Below, in pieces: positions 8,596-17,382 of a stretch of 32,000 nt of DNA. How positions within the stretch are numbered: the first letter of the stretch is position 1; every line of letters starts with the position of its first letter. A program made the translations under genes and the position numbers. Source of the stretch: Pseudomonas aeruginosa (GTDB taxonomy: Bacteria > Pseudomonadota > Gammaproteobacteria > Pseudomonadales > Pseudomonadaceae); contig NZ_LN831024.1 of NCBI RefSeq assembly GCF_001457615.1, positions 2,280,001 through 2,312,000 on the forward strand, given 5' to 3'. Under the pieces are notes generated by a model. It made no database searches and was not told the origin of the DNA. It worked only from the letters and a program-made list of their open reading frames with translations.

Positions 8596-9726
8596 ATGGC
8601 GAGCTGGGACATTTTCTGTAGCGTGGTCGACAACTATGGCGACATCGGCGTCACCTGGCGCCTGGCTCGCCAACTGGCCGCCGAGCACGGTCAGGCGGTG
8701 CGCCTGTGGGTGGACGAGCCGCAGGCCTTCGCCCGGATCTGTCCGCGGGCGGACCCGGCGGCGCACGTGCAGAGCCTGGATGGGGTCGAAGTGCGTGCCT
8801 GGGGCCGGCCGTGGGCACCGGTGGCGGCCGCCGACGTGGTGATCGAGGCCTTCGCCTGCGAACTGCCGGAGGCGCACCGGCAGGCCATGCGCGAGCGCGA
8901 GCGGCCGTCCCTGTGGCTGAACCTGGAGTACCTGAGTGCCGAGGAATGGATCGGCAGTTGCCACGCATTGCCGTCGCTGCAGGCGTGCGGGCTTTCCAAG
9001 TACTTCTTCTTTCCCGGGTTCCGCGAGCCCAGTGGCGGCCTGTTGCGCGAGGCCGGCCTGCTGGAACGTCGGCGCCGTTTCCAGGCCTCTGCCTCGGCGC
9101 AGGATGAGTTTCTCGCCTCCCTCGGCGTGCGACGGAAGGTTGGCGAGCGACTGATTTCGCTGTTTGCCTACGAAAACCCGGCGCTGCCTGGCTGGCTGGA
9201 ACAACTGCGCGACGCCCGCCAGCCGAGCCTGCTGCTGGTGCCGGAGGGGCGGGTGCTGGCGGATGTCGCCGATTGGCTGCGGGTGGCTACGCTGGCCGTC
9301 GGGGACGTCCACGTGCGCGACGCGTTGCGGGTCCAGGTGCTGCCGTTCATGGCGCAGGACGACTACGATCGCCTGTTGTGGTGCTGCGACCTGAACGCGG
9401 TGCGCGGCGAGGACTCCTTCGTTCGCGCGCAGTGGGCGGGACGGCCGCTGCTCTGGCACATCTATAGACAGGAAGAGGAGGCGCACCTGGCGAAGCTCGA
9501 GGCATTCCTCGAACTCTATTGCGCCGGCCTGCCCGCCGACCTGGCGGAAAACCTGCGCACCTTCTGGCTGGCGTGGAACGTTGGCGGTGGACTTGCCGGG
9601 GCCTGGGAGGGGCTGGAGAGGCAACTGCCCGAGTGGCGTAGGGAAGCGCAGCGCTGGGCCGACGAACAGGGCATGCGTCCGGATCTTGCGGCAAGGCTGG
9701 TGCAATTTTACGCAGATTGGCTATGA
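8596..9726 (+). CDS. earP: EF-P arginine-32 rhamnosyltransferase EarP
   Basis: 376 aa beginning MASWDIFCSVVDNYGDIGVTWRLARQL..., the conserved N-terminus of the EarP (DUF2331) family. GAGGAG lies upstream of the ATG, and the gene sits directly upstream of efp. Confidence 0.92.
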   Translation: MASWDIFCSVVDNYGDIGVTWRLARQLAAEHGQAVRLWVDEPQAFARICPRADPAAHVQSLDGVEVRAWGRPWAPVAAADVVIEAFACELPEAHRQAMRERERPSLWLNLEYLSAEEWIGSCHALPSLQACGLSKYFFFPGFREPSGGLLREAGLLERRRRFQASASAQDEFLASLGVRRKVGERLISLFAYENPALPGWLEQLRDARQPSLLLVPEGRVLADVADWLRVATLAVGDVHVRDALRVQVLPFMAQDDYDRLLWCCDLNAVRGEDSFVRAQWAGRPLLWHIYRQEEEAHLAKLEAFLELYCAGLPADLAENLRTFWLAWNVGGGLAGAWEGLERQLPEWRREAQRWADEQGMRPDLAARLVQFYADWL

Positions 9727-9768
9727 TACGCGGCCTGATTTTTTGTCTTTCATCCATCGGATATTCGT

Positions 9769-10335
9769 ATGAAAACCGCTCAAGAGTTCCGCGCCGGCCA
9801 GGTTGCCAACATCAATGGCGCTCCCTGGGTCATCCAGAAGGCCGAGTTCAACAAGTCCGGCCGTAACGCTGCCGTCGTCAAGATGAAGCTGAAGAACCTG
9901 CTGACCGGCGCCGGTACCGAGACCGTGTTCAAGGCCGACGACAAGCTGGAGCCGATCATCCTCGATCGCAAGGAAGTGACCTACTCCTACTTCGCCGACC
10001 CGCTGTACGTCTTCATGGACAGCGAGTTCAACCAGTACGAGATCGAGAAAGACGATCTGGAAGGCGTGCTGACCTTCATCGAAGACGGCATGACCGACAT
10101 CTGCGAAGCCGTGTTCTACAACGACAAGGTGATCTCGGTAGAGCTGCCGACCACCATCGTTCGCCAGATCGCCTACACCGAGCCGGCCGTCCGCGGCGAC
10201 ACCTCGGGCAAGGTGATGAAGACCGCGCGCCTGAACAACGGCGCCGAGCTGCAGGTTTCCGCGTTCTGCGAAATCGGCGACTCGATCGAGATCGATACCC
10301 GCACCGGCGAGTACAAGTCCCGCGTCAAGGCCTGA
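9769..10335 (+). CDS. efp: Translation elongation factor P (Arg32 type)
   Basis: 188 aa, [45 protein letters not shown]... The loop residue at position 32 is Arg (KSGR32NAA), as expected for EarP-modified EF-P. Confidence 0.97.
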   Translation: MKTAQEFRAGQVANINGAPWVIQKAEFNKSGRNAAVVKMKLKNLLTGAGTETVFKADDKLEPIILDRKEVTYSYFADPLYVFMDSEFNQYEIEKDDLEGVLTFIEDGMTDICEAVFYNDKVISVELPTTIVRQIAYTEPAVRGDTSGKVMKTARLNNGAELQVSAFCEIGDSIEIDTRTGEYKSRVKA

Positions 10336-10352
10336 TCCTTTCGTGCGACGAG

Positions 10353-10382
10353 AAAAAGCCCGGCATTCGCCGGGCTTTTTCG
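10353..10382. terminator. Bidirectional rho-independent terminator shared by efp and ohr
   Basis: AAAAAGCCCGGC-ATTC-GCCGGGCTTTTT: an 8-bp GC stem flanked by an A-run and a T-run, between the convergent efp (+) and ohr (-). Confidence 0.85.
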
Positions 10383-10422
10383 TTTCCGCTGTCCGCCGCC
10401 GCGGCGCGGAGAGTCGGAAGCT

Positions 10423-10851
10423 TCAGACCGACACGTTCAGGCGTACGTCGATATTGCCGCGGGTAGCGTTGGAGTAGGGGCAGACCTGGTGGGCGGCGGC
10501 TACCAGCGCTTCGGCGGCTTCGCGCTCCAGGCCCGGCAGGCTGATGTGCAGTTCGACCTCCAGGCCGAAGCCGCCGGGAATCTGGCCGATGCCGACCTTG
10601 CCGGTTATCGAGGCGTCGGCGGGAAGGGTCTGCTTGCGCTGGCCGGCAACGAACTTCAGGGCTCCGATGAAGCAGGCGGAGTAGCCGGCGGCGAACAGTT
10701 GTTCCGGGTTGGTGGCCGCGCCGCCCTGGCCGCCCAGTTCGCGCGGAGTGCTGAGTTTCACGTCGAGCACGCCGTCCGAGGATACCGCACGGCCGTCACG
10801 GCCTCCGGTGGCGGTTGCGGTTGCGGTGTAGAGAGCCTTGATGGTTTGCAT
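10423..10851 (-). CDS. ohr: Organic hydroperoxide resistance protein Ohr (OsmC/Ohr family peroxidase)
   Basis: 142 aa from ATG 10851 ([20 protein letters not shown]...), with the two conserved Cys (GYSACF and VCPYSNA). AGGTGA lies 5 nt upstream. The ORF-track GTG at 10860 is a 3-codon extension. Confidence 0.95.
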   Translation of the reverse strand: MQTIKALYTATATATGGRDGRAVSSDGVLDVKLSTPRELGGQGGAATNPEQLFAAGYSACFIGALKFVAGQRKQTLPADASITGKVGIGQIPGGFGLEVELHISLPGLEREAAEALVAAAHQVCPYSNATRGNIDVRLNVSV

Positions 10852-10912
10852 GAGGGTCACCTGTCTGATTTGTACGTTAAGTTCTTGCGCGCTAAGTAAG
10901 TGCGTGAAGTGA

Positions 10913-10941
10913 AATTTATCGTCATGTTATTTTGTGCGCAA
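10913..10941 (-). promoter_or_regulatory. Putative sigma70 promoter of ohr
   Basis: Reverse strand reads TTGCGC (10941-10936), a 17-nt AT-rich spacer, then TAAATT (10918-10913). The -35 lies inside one arm of an 8-bp inverted repeat (see findings). Confidence 0.45.
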
Positions 10942-10995
10942 GATAGATCGTTGGAAGATTTGGCGATAAAAACCAGACAGGTAGGTATAAGCCCC

Positions 10996-11451
10996 TCAAT
11001 CCGGTGCTTGCAGGTTGCCGCGCAGGGCCAGCAGCTCATCCTTTAGGGCGACCAGTTGTGGCAAGTCGAGGCCGGTACTCTCCAGGATGCAGGCGGGAAT
11101 GCTCTCGGCCTGTCGCTGCAGGGCGCGGCCCTTGTCGGTCAGGCGCAGCAGGACTACCCGCTCGTCTTCGCTGCTGCGAGTGCGGGTAATCAGACCTTCG
11201 CCCTCCAGGCGCTTGAGCAGAGGCGTGAGCGATCCCGGGTCGGTAAGCATGCGTGCGCTGATTTCGCCCACGGTCAGGCCGTCGCGTTCCCACAGCACCA
11301 GCATGGCGATGTACTGCGGATAGGTGAGGCCGAGCGCTTGCAGCAGGGGCTTGTAGACCTTGGTCATCTGCAGCGAGGTGGAATACAGGGCGAAGCACAG
11401 CTGGTTGTCCAGCTTGAGCTGCTCGCAAGGGGTGGTGGGCAGTCGGGACAT
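10996..11451 (-). CDS. ohrR: MarR-family organic-hydroperoxide-sensing repressor OhrR
   Basis: 151 aa from ATG 11451 (MSRLPTTPCEQLKLDNQLCFALYSTSL...). It has the sensing Cys in the conserved LDNQLCFALY context and a winged-HTH core. It lies immediately upstream of ohr. Confidence 0.93.
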   Translation of the reverse strand: MSRLPTTPCEQLKLDNQLCFALYSTSLQMTKVYKPLLQALGLTYPQYIAMLVLWERDGLTVGEISARMLTDPGSLTPLLKRLEGEGLITRTRSSEDERVVLLRLTDKGRALQRQAESIPACILESTGLDLPQLVALKDELLALRGNLQAPD

Positions 11452-11485
11452 GGCTGTCTTCCAAGTAAGTAGGGCACTGTGCATG

Positions 11486-11514
11486 AATTTAGCGTAGTGG
11501 CTATTGGCTTTCCA
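11486..11514 (-). promoter_or_regulatory. Putative promoter of ohrR
   Basis: Reverse strand reads TGGAAA (11514-11509), a 17-nt spacer, then TAAATT (11491-11486). The -10 hexamer is the same as in the ohr promoter. Confidence 0.3.
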
Positions 11515-11536
11515 GGTTTCCCGCCGGGTGGTGTCC

Positions 11537-12499
11537 TCAGCGCTCGCCGAGACGCTGCTGCAGGGCCTGGTCCCAGGGCGGCGGAAAGCCGAAGCGCTCG
11601 CGGAGGAAAGCCAGCAGCAGACGGGTTCGCGAACTGGCTTCGCGTTCCAGGCGCAGGGCATAGATGCAGGTGGGCTCGGCGGCGGGCAAGCCGTCGTCGC
11701 AGAACAGCGCCTGCAGTTCGCCGCGCAGCAGGTACTCGCTGCACAACCAGGTCGGCAGGTGGGCGATGCCGAGGCCGGCCAGCGCCGCGTCGACCATCGC
11801 TTCGGCGTTATTGGTGGCCAGCCGCGCCCGTTTCGGCCGCAGGTGCTGGAGCTTGCCGTCGTGCTGGAAGCGCCAGGCATAGGGTGGCGACAGGTTGTCC
11901 CAATCGATGCCGGCATGCTCCGGCAGTTCGCCTGGGGATGCGGGAACGCCGTGTTCGCGCAGGTATTCCGGGCTGGCGCAGACCACCCGCACCATCGGCG
12001 CCAGCGAGGTGGCCACCAGGCGGCTGTCGGGTAGCGGGCCGGCGCGCAACACCAGGTCGACCTCGCCGAGATGTTCGCCCTGCAGGTCGATGAAGCTGCC
12101 GATCAGGCGCAATTGCACGTCGAGGCCGGGGTTGGCCTTGAGGAAGTCGGCGACCGCCGGGGCCAGGTGGCGGCGGCCGAAGGGCACCGGGGCATCGATA
12201 CGGATCAGGCCCTGCGGCGCGGTGCTCAGGGACACCGCTTCGGCACGGGCCAGGCGCAGTTCGGTGACGATCCGCCGGGCGCGGTCGGCGAAGGCCAGGC
12301 CGGCCGGAGTAGCGCGCACCGCATGGGTGGTGCGCACCAGCAGAGTGCTGCCGACGGCGCGTTCCAGGGCGTCCATCCGGCGCGCCACGGCGGACGGGGT
12401 GAGCGGGTGCTTGCGCGCAGCGGCGGAGAAGCTGCCGCCATCGAGGACATCGAGGTAGAGAACGAACTGTTCGCTGAGGGTATCGGGCAACATGCTCAT
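11537..12499 (-). CDS. LysR-family transcriptional regulator
   Basis: N-terminal HTH (FVLYLDVLDGGSFSAAARKHPLTPSAVARRMDALE) plus a LysR substrate-binding domain. The start is ATG 12499 or 12493 (MSMLPD...); the ORF-track start 12556 is probably too long. Confidence 0.88.
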   Translation of the reverse strand: MSMLPDTLSEQFVLYLDVLDGGSFSAAARKHPLTPSAVARRMDALERAVGSTLLVRTTHAVRATPAGLAFADRARRIVTELRLARAEAVSLSTAPQGLIRIDAPVPFGRRHLAPAVADFLKANPGLDVQLRLIGSFIDLQGEHLGEVDLVLRAGPLPDSRLVATSLAPMVRVVCASPEYLREHGVPASPGELPEHAGIDWDNLSPPYAWRFQHDGKLQHLRPKRARLATNNAEAMVDAALAGLGIAHLPTWLCSEYLLRGELQALFCDDGLPAAEPTCIYALRLEREASSRTRLLLAFLRERFGFPPPWDQALQQRLGER

Positions 12500-12593
12500 G
12501 CCTTTGCGTAATTGGCATAGCCATTGTGCTTTCTTGTGCGTTTCCCATCCAGCCACGCTTGCCTAGCATGGAGGCGTCGAAAGAGGGGCTGAC

Positions 12594-13343
12594 ATGCTGG
12601 ATGTATTTCTCGATTTCCTGCTGGGGATGGTGCTCGGTTGCCTGGGCGGTCTGTTCGGGATAGGCGGCGGCTTGCTGGCGATCCCGGCGCTGGGGGTGAT
12701 CTTCGGTCTCGACCAGCAACTGGCGCAGGGTACCGCGCTGGTGATGGTGGTACCGAACGTGGTGCTGGCGTTGTGGCGCTACCACCAGCGCAACCGCATC
12801 GATCCGCGCCAGGCCGGAGTCCTTGCCCTGACCGGCCTGCTTTGCGCGTTCCTGGCGTCCAGCGTGGCCGCGCGGATCGATGCGGCGCGGATGCGCGAAG
12901 CGTTCGTGATCTTCCTCCTGGCGCTGGCCGGCTACATGTTCTGGCGCCTGTTCCGGCGCCCGCCGCAGGGCGGCGCGACGCCGCGCTACGGTTTGCCCTG
13001 GATGGGCGTGCTGGGCCTTGGCGCGGGCTCGCTCGGCGGGCTTTTCGGGGTCGGTGGCGGGGTGCTGGCGACACCGGTGCTGACTTCGGTGTTCGGCCTC
13101 GCCCAGGTCGTCGCCCAGGGCCTCGCGCTGGCCCTGGCCGCGCCGAGCACGGCGGTGGCGCTGGGGACCTACGCCATGCACGGCCATGTCGACTGGCGGA
13201 TGGGGATCCCCCTGGCGCTGGGCGGCCTGCTGAGCATTTCCTGGGGCGTGAGGCTGGCCCACGCCTTGCCCGAGCGCAGCCTGCGCATGGCCTTCTGCGC
13301 CTTCCTCGCATTGTGCGCGGTGCTCCTGCTGGTGCGCGGTTGA
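12594..13343 (+). CDS. TSUP-family (TauE/SafE, DUF81) membrane permease
   Basis: 249 aa, polytopic, with the repeated GGLFGIGGG / GGLFGVGGG glycine motifs typical of TSUP transporters. AAGAGGGG lies upstream of the ATG. It is divergent from the LysR gene. Confidence 0.88.
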   Translation: MLDVFLDFLLGMVLGCLGGLFGIGGGLLAIPALGVIFGLDQQLAQGTALVMVVPNVVLALWRYHQRNRIDPRQAGVLALTGLLCAFLASSVAARIDAARMREAFVIFLLALAGYMFWRLFRRPPQGGATPRYGLPWMGVLGLGAGSLGGLFGVGGGVLATPVLTSVFGLAQVVAQGLALALAAPSTAVALGTYAMHGHVDWRMGIPLALGGLLSISWGVRLAHALPERSLRMAFCAFLALCAVLLLVRG

Positions 13344-13344
13344 G

Positions 13345-14199
13345 TCAGAGACGGAAGCCCTCGCCGATGTATTCGGCGAGCTTCTCGGTGACCGGTGACT
13401 GGCTGTGCGGGTTGCGCATCAGCATGATGCTGGCCGAGGGCAGGGCGGGCAGGCCCTCGCTCTCGTCGAGGATGCGCAGGTTGCCGGTGAGCAGGCTGCG
13501 CAGTTGCACGGTCACGGCGAGGCCGGCGCTGACCACCGCGAACAGCGCCGACAGGCTGGGGCTGCTGTAGGCGATGCGGTAGTCCAGTTCCGCCGCCTCC
13601 AGGGCGTTGCAGGCCCAGGCCCGGCAAAAGCAGGTGGTGTTGAACATGGCCAGCGGGATCGGCCGCTGGTCGTGGGGGCAGAAGCCCTCGGCGGCCATCC
13701 AGACGAAGGGCTCCTGGCGCAGCAACTGGCCGATCTCGGTGCCCGGCTCGCGGGTGACGATGGACAGGTCGAGGTCGTTGCGCGCCAGCAGGTTGAGCGA
13801 GGTGTCGCAATGCACCTCGACCTGCACCAGCGGATAGGCTTCGGCGAAGCGCGACAGGATCGCCGGGAGGAAGCGCATCACGTAGTCGTCCGGGGTGCCG
13901 ATGCGCACCGAACCGACCATGTGCGGGCGGCGCAGGGTGTTGAACACCTCGCCGTGCAGCTTGAGGATCCGCCGGGCATAGCCGAGCAGCACCTGGCCTT
14001 CGGCGGTGAGGCGGGTCTGCCTTCCGTCGCGCTCGAACAGCGAGCGCTGCAGGACGTCCTCCTCGAGCCGCTTCATCTGCATGCTGACCGCCGACTGGGT
14101 GCGATTCACCGCCTCCGCGGCGCGGGTGAAACCACCGTGCTCGGCGATGGCGACGAAGGTGCGGAGCAATTCCGTATCAATGCCGGGCTGGTAGCTCAT
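13345..14199 (-). CDS. LysR-family transcriptional regulator
   Basis: 284 aa with HTH LRTFVAIAEHGGFTRAAEAVNRTQSAVSMQMKRLE and GGAG upstream of the ATG. Its stop codon is 1 nt from the stop of the convergent TSUP gene. Confidence 0.9.
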   Translation of the reverse strand: MSYQPGIDTELLRTFVAIAEHGGFTRAAEAVNRTQSAVSMQMKRLEEDVLQRSLFERDGRQTRLTAEGQVLLGYARRILKLHGEVFNTLRRPHMVGSVRIGTPDDYVMRFLPAILSRFAEAYPLVQVEVHCDTSLNLLARNDLDLSIVTREPGTEIGQLLRQEPFVWMAAEGFCPHDQRPIPLAMFNTTCFCRAWACNALEAAELDYRIAYSSPSLSALFAVVSAGLAVTVQLRSLLTGNLRILDESEGLPALPSASIMLMRNPHSQSPVTEKLAEYIGEGFRL

Positions 14200-14295
14200 T
14201 CATCAATCTCCAAGATGCATTGCATAAGAATGATTCGTTGGATTGATCCTATGCCTGGCGGGACACTGTGCCTATCCCGAACGGAGGGCAAGACG

Positions 14296-14529
14296 ATGAA
14301 AGGTCAACAGGATTATTTCGGCAGTCGCTTCCACGCTGCATCCCATCCCGCCTCGACCGCTGCGCCGTCGTTGTGGCGTCGCTGGCGGCGCTGGTTGCAG
14401 TTGGCCCGCGAGCGCCGGGAACTGCTGAGGATGAGCGACGAAGCGCTGAAGGACCTCGGCCTGAGTCGGGCGGATATCTTCCAGGAGGGCGAGCGGCATT
14501 TCTGGGACGACCCGCTGCGTCGGCATTGA
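14296..14529 (+). CDS. DUF1127-domain small protein, 77 aa
   Basis: ATG 14296 is preceded by GGAGGG (14283-14288). The C-terminal LRMSDEALKDLGLSRADI matches the DUF1127 (YjiS-like) signature. The 374-aa ORF-track ORF is a shadow extension antisense to the LysR gene. Confidence 0.75.
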   Translation: MKGQQDYFGSRFHAASHPASTAAPSLWRRWRRWLQLARERRELLRMSDEALKDLGLSRADIFQEGERHFWDDPLRRH

Positions 14530-14611
14530 GCGAACCGCAGCGGCGCGCCAGGCTGGCACGGCGGCGGAGGCGCGATAGACTCGCAGTCTCCTTCATCGAC
14601 TGGGGCGCTCC

Positions 14612-15820
14612 ATGAGTCTTTCGCTTTCCCTCGCCGAAGCCCGCCGCCTGGCCCTGGCCGCGCAGGGCTTCGACGGCCGGCGGACGCGCCGCAGCGTGCA
14701 GCGGCGGCATCTGCGCGAAATGCTCGCGCGCCTTGGCCTGTTGCAGATCGATTCGGTGAATGCGCTGGTGCGCTCGCACTACCTGCCGCTGTTTTCCCGT
14801 CTCGGTCCCTACTCCATGACGCTGCTCGACGAGGCGGCCTGGAGTGTCGGCCGTCACCGCCAGTTGTTCGAATACTGGGGGCACGAGGCCTCGCTGCTGC
14901 CGCTGGAACACTACCCGTTGATGCGCTGGCGGATGCGCCAGGCCGCCGACGGCCAGGGCATCTACCAGCAACTGGCACGTTTCGGCCGGGAACAGCAGCC
15001 ACTGATCCGCCAGGTGTTGCAGGCGGTGCGCGAGCAAGGTGCGCTAGGTGCCGGCAGCCTGAGCACGCGGCAGGAGCGGGCCGGTCCCTGGTGGGACTGG
15101 AGCGCGGAAAAGCATGCGCTGGAATGGCTGTTCGCCGCCGGCGAGCTGACGGTGGCCGGACGGCGCGGCTTCGAGCGGCTCTATGACCTGCCGGAGCGGG
15201 TGTTTCCCGCGGAATTGCTGGCGCGCCCCGAGCTTTCGGAGGCACAGGCCCAGCGCGAGCTGTTGCGGATGGCGGCGAGCGCCCTGGGCGTGGCCACCGA
15301 AAAGGACCTGCGCGACTACTATCGGCTGAGCCCGGCGCAGAGCCGCGCGCGCCTCGCCGAACTGGTGGAGGCTGGCGAGCTGCTGCCGGTCCGGGTCGAG
15401 GGCTGGAGCCAGCCGGCCTACTGCCCCGGCGAACCGCAGGTGCCGCGGCGGCTAGGCGCCAGTGCCTTGCTCTCGCCCTTCGACTCGTTGGTCTGGGAGC
15501 GGGCGCGGGCCGAGCGCCTGTTCGATTTCCGCTATCGCCTGGAGATCTACACGCCGAAGGAAAAACGCGTGTACGGCTACTACGTGCTGCCATTCCTGTA
15601 CAACGGCCGTCTGGTCGGCCGCGTCGACCTCCGCGCCGAGCGGGCGCGCGAGCGCCTGGCGGTGCATGCGTTGCATGCCGAGGCGAACGGCATGGACGAT
15701 GCCGCCCTGCACGAGCTGGCCGAGCAACTGCGCAGCATGGCCGCCTGGCTGGGCCTGGCGACGGTGGCGATCGAGGGGCGCGGGGAGTTGGCGGTACGCT
15801 TGCGCGGGGTGCTGCTCTAG
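14612..15820 (+). CDS. YcaQ/AlkZ-family winged-helix DNA glycosylase (DUF1006/HTH_42)
   Basis: 402 aa, colinear with E. coli YcaQ as I recall it (MSLS..LAEARRLALAAQG, LLQIDSVN, YWGHEA, LFDFRYRLEIYTPKEKRVYGYYVLPFL). It carries the Q-hydrophobic-D catalytic motif as Q45-I46-D47. Confidence 0.85.
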   Translation: MSLSLSLAEARRLALAAQGFDGRRTRRSVQRRHLREMLARLGLLQIDSVNALVRSHYLPLFSRLGPYSMTLLDEAAWSVGRHRQLFEYWGHEASLLPLEHYPLMRWRMRQAADGQGIYQQLARFGREQQPLIRQVLQAVREQGALGAGSLSTRQERAGPWWDWSAEKHALEWLFAAGELTVAGRRGFERLYDLPERVFPAELLARPELSEAQAQRELLRMAASALGVATEKDLRDYYRLSPAQSRARLAELVEAGELLPVRVEGWSQPAYCPGEPQVPRRLGASALLSPFDSLVWERARAERLFDFRYRLEIYTPKEKRVYGYYVLPFLYNGRLVGRVDLRAERARERLAVHALHAEANGMDDAALHELAEQLRSMAAWLGLATVAIEGRGELAVRLRGVLL

Positions 15821-15824
15821 CGAG

Positions 15825-15848
15825 CGCTCCCGCCGGGCGGCGGGAGCG
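15825..15848. terminator. GC-rich hairpin between convergent genes (possible bidirectional terminator, no U-tract)
   Basis: CGCTCCCGCC-GGGC-GGCGGGAGCG: a 10-bp perfect stem in the 40-bp gap between the glycosylase gene (+) and the DAHP synthase gene (-). Confidence 0.4.
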
Positions 15849-15860
15849 GCCGCGGCGCGC

Positions 15861-17207
<1,347 letters not shown>

Positions 17208-17382
17208 CTACGACTCTTGGCAATGCTCGGGAAAGCGGATTGCGGCATGGTAGAGCAGCTCGCCGCAGCGCCGCCAGCGATCGTTGCAATAGCGGAAATC
17301 CATCGTCGGGCCGGCTTTGCTATGCTGCGGTGCTTTTGCCGGAGCGCCTGGCGATAGCCGGCGAAGCGGCGGGGGGAGGTGA

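Noticed and set aside
11808-13311. 484-aa and 271-aa reverse ORFs across the LysR/TSUP genes; similar long ORFs at 14313-15593, 15462-17357, 15817-17289, 17320-18513, 18102-19055 and 29453-31303
   Set aside because: All overlap genes with clear family signatures in another frame or strand, show shadow-frame composition, and lack SD sequences.
14554-14569. TGGCAC hexamer upstream of the YcaQ-like gene as a possible sigma54 promoter
   Set aside because: The position where the -12 GC should lie reads GA (TGGCACGGCGGCGGAG), so the spacing and consensus fail.
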